Position numbers and translations under genes: made by a program. A DNA stretch of 64,000 nucleotides, from the NCBI RefSeq assembly GCF_964355755.1, contig NC_092680.1, positions 14,331,045 to 14,395,044 on the forward strand, read 5' to 3'. The notes beneath the pieces are model-generated. The model saw only the letters and a program-made list of their open reading frames with translations, had not been told where the DNA came from and searched no databases. This DNA is from Antedon mediterranea. Its lineage: Eukaryota; Animalia; Echinodermata. Below, one piece after another: positions 50,601-63,250 of this stretch (position 1 is the first letter of the stretch; each line of letters opens with the position of its first letter).

Positions 50601-53600
50601 AAATGAATGTGGGAAAATATATGTGTTAACACTACAAGCCCTCTTCAGGGGACATCCTGCAGTACTGTAGGTATTAAAATGACTTTACAGTTACATTTAT
50701 TTATTTTTTTTTTATTTAGAAAAGACATAAAAGTGATGGAATTGTAAACAACAGAACTGCTGGTATATTGGATTCACAGTAAGTTTGGCTTCATTATATA
50801 ATTTTATTAATAAATGTAATTTTTTAAAAATGTGGTGTTTATGATGGTTGCCTATTACAAACATAGGATCTTGCTCTCAACTTATTTATCTTTTAACAAA
50901 CACCTCTCTCTAATAAACACGCCCTGCCCCCTTCCACCACCTATAACATTGTTCAGAATAAACACCGTGCCAAATGCACATACTGTACAGTAATATTGTA
51001 GTACAACGCATTTATATTTATAGTAGAATTAGAAGAAAATAGTTGTAAAAAAATAAAAAATGATCCACAATTTACCAATGCATTTTTCCCCTAGAATAAA
51101 CGTCCCCTAAAAACCCTCCCTCACATGGTGAAATAGGCGAAAACCTCTGTAAACTGTAATTAATATCATCCATCATTTTAGCTTTATAACAAGTATAATT
51201 TTTAAACCTTAATTACCTTTAATTACTAGTTATTGGTGCTTAATATTAGTTTCTTATTGAGTTCATCAATCATTGTAACATTGTTGGATATTGATACTGA
51301 TTATTAATAACAGTCTCCCAATAAATAATTGATTATTGACTAATATATATCCTGTATATAATAGCATGAAGGAATTTATTATAAGTAGGTGTGTTTGAAT
51401 AGAATTAATTGATTTATACTTGCTACGTTACTTCTTATAATATTTACTTTTATTGATTTGCCACCATAGTAATAAACAAACTATTATTGTATTATATCAA
51501 ATTAGTTATTAATATACAGTACTATAAAAAATAAATAATGTGTTAAAATTATTTGAATGAGGTTAATTAAACATGTAATATTATATTTTATTGAATTTTA
51601 CAATGTTAATATACAAAATTATATTACTAAAAACAGTAATTGTATGTAATTATTTTATTTTAAAAATGGCATAGTTCATACAATTGCTGACTGAGGGCAC
51701 AATTTGTTTATTCAACTTAATATGTCACTTTTTTAATTGCGTATAATTTTATGTGATTAATTTGTTTGTTTTGTCTAACTTTTTAGAGATGGCAAGCGAG
51801 ACCTAGTGGATACAAGATGGCGCAATGTAACGGTTGGAGATATAATAAAACTGAAAAATAATGACTTTGTAACAGCGGATATCTTGGTATTATCCAGTAG
51901 TGAGCCCCATAGCGTAGTGTATGTAGAGACAGCTGAGCTTGATGGGTATGTTATGTATAGCAAGTCACTTGGCCTTTAGTGTTCAATTGTGATTGCCAAT
52001 TGGTCAATAATATAATATATATTTTAGAATTTTGTTTCCTCACTTATATTTAAAGGTGTATTGTCCCCCAAAAACATGAAAAATGAAGATTAATTAAATC
52101 AGACTTTAAATAGGTTATTTTGTAGTTTAATAAAGTTAATCACTTCCATAGAAAAAAAAACGGAAAAAAATAATGTTTTCACTTATAAAATAACATGATA
52201 AATGGTTAAATTCAACCAAAAATCCATTGGCTGGCAGCCAATTTGACCATTTTTTGCTTTAAATTCCAGTTTTTATTTTCAGGTAAATAATTTTTTTTTC
52301 GATCTAAATTTTGGTCAAAGTCAATAACTATTATGTGACGTTAACATGGCAAATTCAACAACAAAAATTAAAAAAAAAGATCTGTTTAGACACAAAATGA
52401 ATTTAAATCTACACTCTGGACGACATGAAATCAAATTTGTTGAATTAATTTCATATTATATTATTGTATATAAATTGAATCCATAACAAATTGAATTGAT
52501 ACATATTTGATATTTTCTAGTGAAACCAATTTAAAAGTCAAACAAGCTCTACCAGAAACTTCACCATTGGGAGAAGATTTAGACAAACTTGGAAACTTCA
52601 ATGGTAAGTTGAAAATTCTACCATTAACTGGACATTCAAATTTACTTAAGCGTGGTTTCCACTAGGACGTAATGTTTGAATTGTGTCTATTGTATATAAC
52701 TTGTCTTACTTCAATCCCAAATCCTATTTTATATTCTTTACTTAATTTATAACCGCCAAGCCAATAACTCTACTTCCAACTGTACTCGATATGTCGTTTT
52801 CTTGTTAGGTGAAGTAAAATGCGAGGCTCCAAATAATCGCCTCGATCGATATGAGGGAACATTAATCTGGGGAGAAGAGAAGTTTGCATTAAACAATGAT
52901 CAGTTGTTACTCCGAGGCTGTCGAATACGCAACACGCAGTGGTGTTACGGTATTGTCATCTTCGCCGGTAAAGACACAAAGCTGATGCAAAATAGCGGCA
53001 AATCTAAATTTAAGAGAACCAGTCTTGATAAACTTATGAACAAACTGGTAATATCGGTAAGTTGATTAGAAATCTTTTATGACCAGTGGCACATATACGC
53101 AGCTGCAACAAAGCTTAATTATACTCGCTTTGAACCATTACATCACTGTAAATATTTTAAACATTACTCTTCCTCTATCTTTTTTGGTAGTAGAAATCAT
53201 TCATTTTCCGTGGAAATAGACATGTAAGCATAACAAATTAGTAGGTGAATAATAGAATGTGTAACCTACTTACATCAGTACAATTAGTATGTGTGAGTAT
53301 AGGGTATAAGTTTACACTCTGTAATTCAGCTGTATTGGATAGGCTTCATAGATGCAAAATTGAGAGTTTGGAGAAATATTAACAGGGTTGTTTGATTTAA
53401 GTGCTAAAATAATTTGTTTTTATATTGAATTGAACTTTTGGTTTTCTTTCTTTATTTCTTTAACTGAACATCGTTAGGCTGATATTAATAATGATTTTTT
53501 AAATATTTGGGAATAAAAATAGGTAACACATTCTGGATTTGAGAGTTTGTGATTATACAAGTATCAACTTTCAAGTAATTTAATTGTACTCTGTATTCTT

Positions 53601-56600
53601 TTGTAGATTTTTGTACTACTACTTGTGATATGCTTGATCTGTTCTATTTGCTGTTCCGTCTGGGAATACACATATGGAACCGATTTTCAGGTATATCTAC
53701 CGTGGGATCAGAAGAATGGCGCCATTATAGCAACGTTTAACTTCTTCTCATATATAATTGTACTCAACACGCTTGTGCCAATCTCACTATATGTAACGTA
53801 AGTAGCCTAAAACAGAGCAAAATATCAATATCAGATATCAATATATTAACAGTGTATATTATTATATTTTGATTAAAAAGAGTTTTTAAGAGTATTTTAA
53901 ACGTTTGTATATTTTAGGGTTGAGTTGATCAGGCTTTTCCAAAGTTTTTGGATAAACTGGGATGTGAAGATGTATTATGATGAGAAGGACTGCACTGCTA
54001 AAGCCCGAACTACGACCCTGAATGAGGAACTTGGGCAAATCCAGTATGTGTTTTCAGACAAGACAGGAACCTTAACTCAGGTATTGTCGTCACACAAATA
54101 AAATGATGTGTAGTAGTAAAATTAAAAGATAAGTTATGACAATTCATTGATGAGAAAATGATGAACCGTCTAGTGGTCTTCTACAAACGGGGTATCTTGG
54201 TTTGACAGCATGTTCTGGGTAAATTGTAGCCATCAGGTAATAGGCCAGTAAGTAACATATTCATTACACTATGTTTAGCAACTTTTTTTACGACGGACCA
54301 AAAAAAAGACCTCAGACATACTTCCATGGTAGTTTTCTTATGTGGTAGGTATTTGATTTTGTTTATCCTGACATCAAAATATAAATGGGAATGGTGCCTT
54401 AGACCCAAAATACTTCAAGTTGAGATAGAATATAAATGGGAATGGTGCCTTAGACCCAAAATACTTCAAGTTGAGATAGAATATAATGGGAATGGTGCCT
54501 TAGACCCAAAATACTTCAAGTTGAGATAGAATATAAATGGGAATGGTGCCTTAGACCCAAAATACTTCAAGTTGAGATAGAAGTATAAAATTTGGTATGG
54601 CAACTCGTATCGAAATTTCGCAACTTTGAGTTGATTACAGATGAATCACTGTGTCTATTTATTCATTTCCCGGAAAACGACAGGTATTGCCAGTTACTTA
54701 CTATGTGTATTCGAGAACCATCTAGTAAGTCATAATTGAATAAATATTTGGTTTACAAACTTTTTATATACAGTAGACCATCACCATATCCGTTGCAAGA
54801 TTGATGTTGAGTGCAAAATTCACACCAATCAGAGGTTGTACCGCAGCGTGCACAGAGGATAAACTTTTTTTTTTTGCCTTTAATATTATAGATATTTGTA
54901 ATTTTGTATGTATTTTTGTATGTACCCCATTTGGAAAATGAATTTCCAACATATTATAATTATAAAGGACCAATAAATAGTATCTTATGTTCACTGGTCA
55001 AATAAGGATGCCAAGCTTTTACACATAACTTGGTAAAATTGTTTAAATTTTGCAGTGACTAAATTGATTTGATAGTTTCTGCGACTGTATTATTTGTATT
55101 TAAGTGAAAATTGTCCAAATTTATTGTCTATGAAATTAGCATAAGTTTCAGGCAATTTTAAACGTTTACAAAATTGCCATGAGTGCGCAGATTTTTGCAT
55201 GCGCGTTAAGGGAGCGTGCCCAAATGTTTTTACTCCGTTTAACTAGTTACTAACTAGTTTAACGATTTACCGTTATATGCGAGCTAATTTAAATGGGGTT
55301 GGGCGTGTTCAGTGAGGCATATCAACCCCTCCGTTTACTAGCCACTAGCGTTAATACGTACTCTTTTTGCTCGATTTCTGTTTCACAACCTTTCTTTAGT
55401 AATTTCATCATATTTTATTCACTTTTCAACTTGAAACCACGTTATACGAGCATGTTAAAAGTGACAGGCATGCACGTGCAAGTTAACAAAATGGTGAAAA
55501 TATGCTAAGATCGTCAGAATGCTTGGGAACCCCTATTTTCCATTTTCTTAAAGTGTATGTGTCATATGTTTTTATTATGAAAATAAGAGAAAAAAAAATT
55601 AATTACGTCATCATTGATTGCATTTTAAATTTTTTTAAAATAGTTTCGACAATCAAACAAACTATAACATTTTCTTGGAACGAAATAACAAACTTAACAT
55701 TAATCTTCTTTTAAAATTTTCATATATTAACGTTGGAAGGTCAAAGACAGAATAAATAAATAAAATAAACAAATCATTCTCTTTCGAATGAGTTAAAAAT
55801 ATTTTAATTTTTATGACGTTATCATCAAAATTAAAAAAAACATGGGTCACATATTTTCAACTTTACAGTAAATTTCAATCTGTTATAGACTCTTCAGAAT
55901 AAAAAGTGATACTCATGATGAAAACTTTCCACGAAGCTATTGGATCGTAGATATGAATAAATGTAAACATTTTGCCAATCGGATGTTGTGACGCGATCAT
56001 ATGTTGATAAGTTGAATAAAAAAAAGTCAGATTTTCATCTCTTACGTCATAGTTCATCACATGTAAAAGTGTGCGCATCTATATTCTACGTAATATGTTG
56101 TTGCTCGGATTATTATTTTCTTCAAAAATTGCTATCTTTGTGTTTCATTTTGATGACGTCATCATGTTAAAAATTGGAATAAAAGGTGGTCCCATAATGT
56201 TACCAATGCTACACTTTATGTAATATGTATACAGAATTTAGTGTATACTGACACAAAATAAAGAGTACACTAACATTTTATTTTCTTCAGGTCATAATGG
56301 CATAATATTTTTTTCTATGCATAATATTGTAATGTATGACATTTATTTATTTATTTATTTATTTATTACCATATTTACTGAGGCTAGCCTATCCAGTTCC
56401 TAATAGAACTGATCATTCAGGGCCCTCGATAAAACATACATACAGTACAACACATAAAATATTAAATATTCAAATGACATAAAATATATTAAAGGCTTAA
56501 AAATTTACAATGATAATATAAAATTCATATAAAAGTTAAAATCGTTGACAGATAAAAAATATATATATATACATAGTACGAACAATATTAACTGGAAATA

Positions 56601-57181
56601 AATTGTTTAAGTTCACGTTTAAAGGAAATAACATTTTCAGATTGTCGATTGATTTTGGGAATCATATTAAAATACATAGGCGCTTTATAACTGAAACATT
56701 GTTTAAAAATCTCTAAAGAAGGTCGAGGAATAATATAATTACAATTAGAGATGGATCTGGTAGTAGGTCGACCTCCGGGCTGAGTCCTGGTTAACATGCG
56801 ACTGATGTAATCCGGAACGGTATTGATGGAAGCCCGATAGGCAAGACAACCAAGTTGAAACTGATAACGTTGAGAAACGGATGAGATAGAAATGGTGTTA
56901 TCCATGCACATGGTTTGTCGTGCGAAACTAACTCATAAGTTAAAGTTGCAAATTTCCGATATGAATTGTCATACCAAATTTCATGCTTCTAAAGCACTAG
57001 ACCGTTTATTTATCAATGTTTAAAATAGATAAATATGAGATAATTTATATTTGTTTGAGTTATTGATACAAAATTGTTCTATTTCCTACAGAATATGATG
57101 ACCTTCAACAAGTGTAGTATATCAGGCAAGAAGTTTGGTGAATTAAAAAACAAAGCTGGAGAAATAGTTACAGTTGATGAG
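38593..57181 (+). CDS. ATP8B: P4-type ATPase phospholipid flippase, ATP8B subfamily; first 11 coding exons, remainder beyond the window
   Basis: Spliced product [17 protein letters not shown]...IKTSKY...[12 protein letters not shown]...ETAELDGETNLK...PISLYV...[35 protein letters not shown] contains the DGET, PISL and DKTGT motifs and resembles human ATP8B2/ATP8B4 as recalled. Confidence 0.95.
38881..38945 (+). CDS. ATP8B: ATP8B exon
   Basis: polyT-ag|[21 protein letters not shown]|gtaagt. Confidence 0.9.
40399..47066 (+). mobile_element. Nested cluster of Helentron-associated (HINE/DINE-1-like) elements: family A (4 heads, 3 bodies) plus one family B copy
   Basis: A heads AGGTGATCATTT-AGAATA-AAATGATCACCT at 40399, 40463, 43910 and 43974. 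A tails (A)ATGATCACCT-AT-AATTCGTCA-AAG-TGACGAATT...CTAG end at 43901, 45554 and 47066, each followed by TT. Confidence 0.85.
40527..42381 (+). mobile_element. HINE family B element nested in the head microsatellite of a family A copy
   Basis: Head AGTTATCCGC-TTAGTA-GCGGATAACT, then a polyT tract; tail GCGGATAACT-AACTCGTCA-AAG-TGACGAGTT-TCATGTCTAG|TT. Confidence 0.85.
49019..49123 (-). mobile_element. Miniature DINE-1/HINE-like element
   Basis: Minus strand TTTTTAGTCGTGTGCAATGCGTCTCT...(GGTC)n...GCACGCGACT...CTTGTT: 5' palindromic subTIR, tetranucleotide microsatellite, 3' subTIR. Confidence 0.7.
49463..49576 (+). CDS. ATP8B: ATP8B exon (TM1)
   Basis: tgcag|[38 protein letters not shown]|gtaac. 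Confidence 0.94.
49716..50044 (+). mobile_element. Full-length tRNA-derived SINE with Deu/Nin-like core and (AAAC)n tail
   Basis: A box TGGCCGAGCGG at 49726 and B box GGTTCGAGGC at 49781. Core TAAACCGTAGGTCC...TTAAAGAACC...GAGTAGGGGGTTACCCCGGTGT, then a LINE-like 3' stem-loop. Confidence 0.88.
50062..50189 (-). mobile_element. Diverged 5' half of the same SINE family, inverted
   Basis: Reverse complement TGGCCAGGTGGTTAAG...AGTTCGAGGCC...GTTCTGGTGGTGGAACAAGTCTTCTCAAATAAGGACTATAAA. Confidence 0.8.
50284..50382 (+). CDS. ATP8B: ATP8B exon (TM2)
   Basis: gtag|[33 protein letters not shown]|gtaagt. Confidence 0.92.
50720..50778 (+). CDS. ATP8B: ATP8B exon
   Basis: ttag|[19 protein letters not shown]|gtaagt. 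Confidence 0.9.
51787..51945 (+). CDS. ATP8B: ATP8B exon (A domain)
   Basis: ttttag|[22 protein letters not shown]...SSSEP...ETAELDG|gtatg. Confidence 0.92.
52050..52400. mobile_element. Kolobok-like (TTAA-AG terminus) repeat fragment; relatives at about 22110 and 35869, inverted at about 8290-8420
   Basis: Shared terminus TTAAAGRTGTATTGtCCCC; internal ccattg...caattt and actattatgtgac motifs shared with the 35869 and 8290 copies. Confidence 0.55.
52521..52603 (+). CDS. ATP8B: ATP8B exon (A domain)
   Basis: tctag|[13 protein letters not shown]...LGNFN|gtaagt. Confidence 0.92.
52809..53056 (+). CDS. ATP8B: ATP8B exon
   Basis: gttag|[12 protein letters not shown]...[10 protein letters not shown]...DTKLMQNSG...LVIS|gtaagt. 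Confidence 0.94.
53607..53797 (+). CDS. ATP8B: ATP8B exon (TM3-TM4, PISL)
   Basis: tgtag|[10 protein letters not shown]...FQVYLPWD...[15 protein letters not shown]|gtaagt. Confidence 0.94.
53918..54080 (+). CDS. ATP8B: ATP8B exon (phosphorylation site DKTGT)
   Basis: tttag|[15 protein letters not shown]...[26 protein letters not shown]|gtatt. Confidence 0.95.
54378..54580. repeat. 51-bp tandem repeat, 4 copies (third copy 50 bp)
   Basis: Unit AATATAAATGGGAATGGTGCCTTAGACCCAAAATACTTCAAGTTGAGATAG. Confidence 0.95.
54578..56991. mobile_element. Composite element bounded by ~55-bp inverted repeats; 3' part homologous to the HINE family B body; interrupted by a LINE
   Basis: TAGAAGTATAAAATTTGGTATGGCAACTCGTATCGAAATTTCGCAACTTT versus the right end AAAGTTGCAAATTTCCGATATGAATTGTCATACCAAATTTCATGCTTCTA. 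Region 55800-56340 aligns by eye to 41770-42320. Confidence 0.6.
56341..56904 (-). mobile_element. 5'-truncated L2/Crack-group LINE 3' end with (TAAA)n tail
   Basis: ORF 56588-56911 reads ...VPDYISRML...TRS...[24 protein letters not shown]...SFKRELK, a typical ORF2 C-terminus; tail at 56341-56366. Confidence 0.85.
57092..57181 (+). CDS. ATP8B: ATP8B exon
   Basis: tacag|[30 protein letters not shown]|gtttg. Confidence 0.92.
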
Positions 57182-57440
57182 GTTTGTGCTCTAGTTGTAT
57201 TTTAAAATTGAATTTGATGATTTTAGATTCAAATAAAAATCCAGTGTGTATTATCAGTATGGTGAATGGGCAAACAAAAGCTGTTGGGTTTTACAGGCCA
57301 CTCAGTTGCAATATGTTTGAAATATATAAACGACATAATCAAACAAGTGACGCATGTAAGTGAGAGACGCAATCAATATTAAATTAAGTCTCCTCACAAA
57401 AAGAATAATTCATATTTTTGTACTGCATCCCATGTACTTG

Positions 57441-57817
57441 CAGGCCCGTAGCCAAGCCAAGGGGGGTTTTTATGGTTCGGCAACCCCCCCCCCCCCTTAC
57501 AGCAAACCCCTCTTAACCGACTTCGAACCCCGATTTCCGACATGCCCAATACCCTCACCTCATCTCTGAAAATCCTCCGAATATGTGCCCCACAGTACAA
57601 AAGATTATTCGTAAATTGAAAATTTTGTAAACTTATTCGTGAATAACTTATACCTTCTTCCCTACTTCTACATACATTGAGCAATACGTGTGAGAGTACC
57701 ATTTCCGCCCATAGGGCTGTCATTTAATAAAATTTGCTTTGCCTTAGGAGGAGCGGGGCAGTGACCCAAATATTGGTGTCCAAATCCCCCCTTTGACAGA
57801 TCCTGGCTACGGCCCTG
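57441..57817. mobile_element. hAT-like MITE (CAGG termini)
   Basis: CAGGCCCGTAGCCA ... TGGCTACGGCCCTG; no clear 8-bp TSD. Confidence 0.7.
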
Positions 57818-58579
57818 ATATGCCTCTTGTCTTTCATTTATTTTATTTCTATTCTTTATTATTGATTTTTTTTTTCTTTTGTTATAATCATTGTGTTTCT
57901 ATATTGATTTTCCAAGATGTGGAAATATAAGGTATGGCCAATTGTTGCGCAATGCTTTGTTAAATGCAGCATTATGAAATACGTGTTTCTGTATGTTAAT
58001 GTATTTTATAGGACATTACTCAATTGATGTTTATGTTTTATGTGTTGTTTATTATGTTTTTTTTATATATTATGCCTCGTTAATTATGTATGTACATTTT
58101 TTGTTTTGTATTTTGCATTTAACATGGCTGGCAGATTTATGTGTCGTACTAATGTTTAACTTTCTAAATGTATGAATGTTTTTTATTTAATTATGTGTTT
58201 TGTGTCAATATAAACAAACAACTAATTATAAATATACCAACAATTACAAAAAAATTAGATATGCTTGATACAATTTGACACGTGACTTCATGGCTTTCCA
58301 ATTTTGCTTTGAGAAATATAAAAAAACACAAACATAAATGTTTTACACAAGCTGATATTATAAACTTTATTATATTATTTATATTTTTAATCCATGTATA
58401 TTAGTTCATATAGAATGTTCTCTATAAATAAACCTTTATTAATGATTTTGATGATGTAAACTAATTGTTTCCTGAGATTTAGACAACTTGCCTGTTTGTC
58501 TGGCTATATTTCCTACATAGACTCATAATGTACTTGTGCGTGTCTCGTAGGTGTGAAGTATCACATGACTGCATACACA

Positions 58580-61500
58580 ATAAGTGGTTTAATGTTGAAC
58601 AAAGTAATTTATTACATATTGAGGATTACACGCTGGTTAACAGAAGAAGTGGAGGACTGGCTTTATATATTCATAATTCTATTTCTTTTAAAACCCGAGC
58701 AGATCTAAATTTAATTAAAAATAACCTAACTAATAACGATCATTCTGAATCGATATTTGTGGAAATCATTAATCCTGACTCTAAAAATATAATTGTTGGA
58801 AATGTTTACCGCGCACACAGGACAGACACAGACTTATTTATTTCAGATCTTAATGATACCTTATTAAAAGTAACAGAAGAGAACAAGAAATGCTATGTAT
58901 CTGGGGACTTTAATTTTGATTTACTTTGTGTTAATATGAATATAACAATTAATGACTTTTTAAATATCTTCGACATGAACAATATGTTTCCCCTTATTGA
59001 TAGACCAACACAAATAACGCATAGATCAGCCACTCTTCTTGACAATATCTTTACTAATGTAATCACACATCCTATCAAATCTGGTGTGTTTATATGGGAT
59101 GTTACAGACCATTACCCTGTTTTTCAAATCACGAATTCCCTGAAAGTTAAACACAAAAGTAATATTGGATACACACGATCACGGTCATTTAAACAACAAA
59201 ATATACATCGCTTCATAGACACGATACAAACAACTGAATGGAACAATGTACTTCAAGAACAATCGCCTGAAATAGCATAATAATATATTTTCAGACAAGA
59301 TTACAAACACAATACATCCGTCTGAGAAATCGCATTGGCATAAATGGTGTTGCTCTTAACTGGTTCCAGTCATATCTTACAGGAAGACGTCAGCTAGTCT
59401 GTATCAATGATGCATTCTCAGATGAAGCTTGCCTGGAATATGGTGTACCACAGGGGTCAGTAATTGGGCCTGGCCAGTTTTCCATTTATACGCTTCCCCT
59501 TGGTGACATTATTCGCAAACACAGTCTACATTTCCATTTCTATGCAGATGATACACAGATTTATGTGTCAGTAAATCCAGTGCAAAGGGATGTTGCTGCA
59601 GCAATCAGTAAGATGGAAGCCTGTATAGAAGATGTTCGCAATTGGATGACAACAAATTACCTAAAGTTGAATGATGGAAAGACAGAGTTTATTATCGTCG
59701 GGTCTAAATGTAACATCTCCAAAATCAACATCACACATATCAGAATCGGAAACTCTAACATCGCTCCCTCATCGGTGGTCCGGAATCTGGGAATCATGCT
59801 GGATAGTAATCTCACTATGGAAGCACAAATAACAACTGTATCCAAAGCAGCATGCATATCGATTAGGAACCTTGGTCGTATTCGCGGTAATCTTAACAAG
59901 AAAACAGCTGAATTGATTGTACACTCATTTGTCACTTCTAAAATTGACATTGGTAATGCCTTGTTGTTTGGCATACCAAAATCTCAAATACAACGTTTGC
60001 AGCGCTTGCAAAATATGGCAGCTAGAATTGTAACTTATACAAAATCAAACGCTCACATAACTCCTGTCCTGATGGATTTGCATTGGTTGCCTGTTCAACA
60101 ACGTATTAAGTACAAACTTGCGTTGTTTGTATTCAAGATCCTAAATGACAGTGCTCCTGCTTATTTATCTGACCTTGTGGATCGTTACGAATCATCCCGC
60201 AGAGGCCTACGATCATTGTCACAAAACCTTCTTCAAGAGCGTAGAGCGAAAAATCAGTGGGGTCAGAGATCTTTTTACGTTGCGGCCGCAAGTGTATGGA
60301 ACAGCTTACCAGCAACAGTTAAATGCTCAACTAGTCTAAACAGTTTCAAGACCAACCTAAAGACGTCGCTATTCGCTGATGTTCTCGCACGTTGTTAATG
60401 CACAAAGCGCCATGAGCGCCACATGGGTGGAGGATACCGGCGCTATATAAGTTTTCATTTATTATTATTATTATTATGTTTTCCTATACAATCTAAGCAC
60501 AAAAAATCTAAATATAATCGCATTCCTTGAAATCCATGGATTACTAAAACCATTATAAAATCTATAAATCGTAAAAATAAGCTCTATAAAAAGTATATTT
60601 CATCGCCAACCACCACAAATAAAAATTTACTCGCTATCGTAATATACTTACCTCAATACTCAGAAACGCAAAGAAAAAATACTACACAGAAGAACTAAAT
60701 AAAACCCAAAACGACCTAAAGAAAACTTGGAATATTCTTAATGGACTTCTATTCTAGGCCGAAAACAAAATTACCACTTACAGGCTAATATGAAAATAAA
60801 TGAGACGGAAGTTAATGACCCTAACGTAATCGCTAACAGCTTTAATAATTATTTTTGTAATGTTGGTCCTGAACTTGCCTAAAAAATTCAATCAACCCAA
60901 AACGATGAATTTAGGAATCATCTGAAGAACTTATCATCACCAATTAATTCCTTGTTTTTTCTACCAACCGATGTTAATGAAATAATTAGCACATGTAACT
61001 TACTTAATTCAAACTCAAGTCCGGGATATGACGATTTAAAAATGAGTATCATAAAGTATGTTATCCACTCCTTGGCAATTCCTCTAACACATATCTTCAA
61101 TATGTCTATCCTTTCTGGTATTTTTCCAACAAAACTTAAAATATCAAAGGTAGTACCAATTCACAAAGCAGGTTCTTATAATAAAATTCAAAATTACCGT
61201 CCAATATCTGTATTGCCAGCGTTTTCAAAAATTTTCGAACGAATTATCCATAATCACCTATATAAATTTATAAATAATAATACTTTACTTTATGACCGGC
61301 AATACGGGTTTCGTAGTAAATATTCATCTTACATGGCAGTACTAGAAGCGTATAATGATATAGTTACAAGACTTGATAACAATCATCATGCTATGGGTAT
61401 ATTTTTGGACCTCGCAAAGGCATTTGATACCATAGACCATCAAATCCTTCTCAAAAAACTTTATCATTACGGTGTTAGAGGGATCGCCTATGAGTGGTTC

Positions 61501-62977
61501 AAGAGTTATTTAACCAACAGATCCCAATTCACCGTGTATAACAATCATAAATCAACAACTAATATAATTCGATGCGGGGTTCCACAAGGGTCCATTTTGG
61601 GCCCATTATTATTTATAATTTATTTAAACGATATTGTTTCTAATTCCGATAATTTCTCATTTTATTTATACGCAGATGACACCAACATAGTAGTTTCTGA
61701 TAAAAATATTAAACAACTCATTACGACAGTAAATCAAGAAGTAAATAAAGTTTCCTCCTGGCTTAAATCTAATAAATTATCACTTAATATACTTAAAACA
61801 AATTACATTATGTTTAAAAATAAGCATAGTAGACGACAATATCACAATATTCAAATTATGATTGACAATACTATTATTTCACAGGTCTCTAATACTAAAT
61901 TTTTAGGCGTAATTATAGATGAAACACTAACATGGTTTAATCACACAGAATATATATCCAATATTATTTCTAAATATACTGGCATTTTATTTAGACTAAA
62001 ACATGCTCTCGCACCGAATATTTTATTTTCTTTATATCGCACATTAGTTCTCCCATACTTATATTATTGTAATCTTATTTGGGCAGATGCAAACAACTGC
62101 AATTTGAAAACCATTCATTTAAAACAAAAGAAAATAATTAGATTCTGTACAAACTCATCCTGGCTGGCCCATACTGCACCCTTATTTTTAAAATTAAAAA
62201 CTTTAACAATCTATGATATTTATAAATTAAAAAGCAATTTTTATGTTTAATTTTGTTAATAATAATCTACCAAGTAATTTCAATACTTTTTGGGCTAGGG
62301 TAAAAGAAACACATTGTCATAATACAAGAACATTAAATAATTTGCGTCCGCATAATTTCAGAACAGACCTGGGAATGAATACCATTAAACGGCAAGGACC
62401 TATATTGTGGAATGATATAAGCAATTTTATTAAGAACCAATGTACCTTAAGTTTATTTAAGAAGAAATTTATTCACAGTTTATTATCAATGTATCAGTAA
62501 TATTATGTTATATTTATATTTAATTAGTAGAGTAACATTATTTAAGTTTACTTAAACAATATATATATACACATATATATGTGTGTGTATGTAAATCTAT
62601 TACATTTTTTATCTAAAAGATGATATTCAGATTTTATTACCATGTACTAGTAAAAATAAAAATAACTATATGTAATCTTCATGTTAACCTTCTTAAGAAG
62701 TAAGTTAAAAATTATCATTTTATGATCAAAAAGAAATATAATATCTAATTTTCTCCTTTATATAAATATATTATTTTATCCAAGGGTTTGCAAACACAAG
62801 TGTTCACATGTCTTGTTATGTATTGCACCTTTGTCTTGTCTTTATGTTGTCTGTAATGTCACTGCACTAACGGGTGACCGGCTAACGAGCTTCGCTCTTA
62901 CGGTTATCCATCCATATAAGTTGTTTATCTTATGTTCATAAATTGAAATGGAAAATAAACTGAAACTGAAACTGAAA
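58580..62977 (+). mobile_element. CR1/Crack-group LINE, ORF2 (APE endonuclease plus RT) pseudogenised and split by a nested L2
   Basis: APE motifs GGLALYI, GNVYR, SGDFN, TLLDNIF, TDHYPV (58528-59280). RT motifs NYRPISVL, QYGFR, FLDLAKAFDT, GVPQGSILGP, YADDT (60952-62250). Stops and frameshifts at about 59280, 60528-60880 and 62240; tail AATAAA(CTGAAA)3. Confidence 0.93.
59318..60477 (+). mobile_element. 5'-truncated L2-clade LINE nested in the CR1/Crack element
   Basis: Open frame 59319-60398 (GVPQGSVIGP, FYADDTQIY, LKLNDGKTE, LQRLQNMAAR, LHWLPVQQRI); 3' UTR AAGCGC...GCGCTATATAAG and (TTA)n tail. Confidence 0.92.
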
Positions 62978-63032
62978 TAAGTAATGACATATAAGAGAAC
63001 ACATAGTATTAATTATCTTTGATGATACAGAT

Positions 63033-63250
63033 GTCAATGCACAAGTAATGACATCAAAAGAGAACACAAGGTGTTTTCTTTGATAATACCCACAAAATGA
63101 TGTCAACACAACAAGTAATGACATCCTATAATACAAGGTATTACCTAGATGATACCCACATAATGATGTCAATACACAAAAAGTGATTACATCACATAAA
63201 AGAACACAAAATAATGTAGATGATTATGAGACACATAAAATGATGTAAAT
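63033..63250. repeat. Degenerate ~65-bp tandem repeat
   Basis: Recurrent tgatgtcaa..caca..aagtaatgacatc and atacccaca units. Confidence 0.55.

Noticed and set aside
60952-62250. Functional reverse transcriptase gene
   Set aside because: Fragment of a LINE ORF2 disrupted by stops, frameshifts and a nested L2
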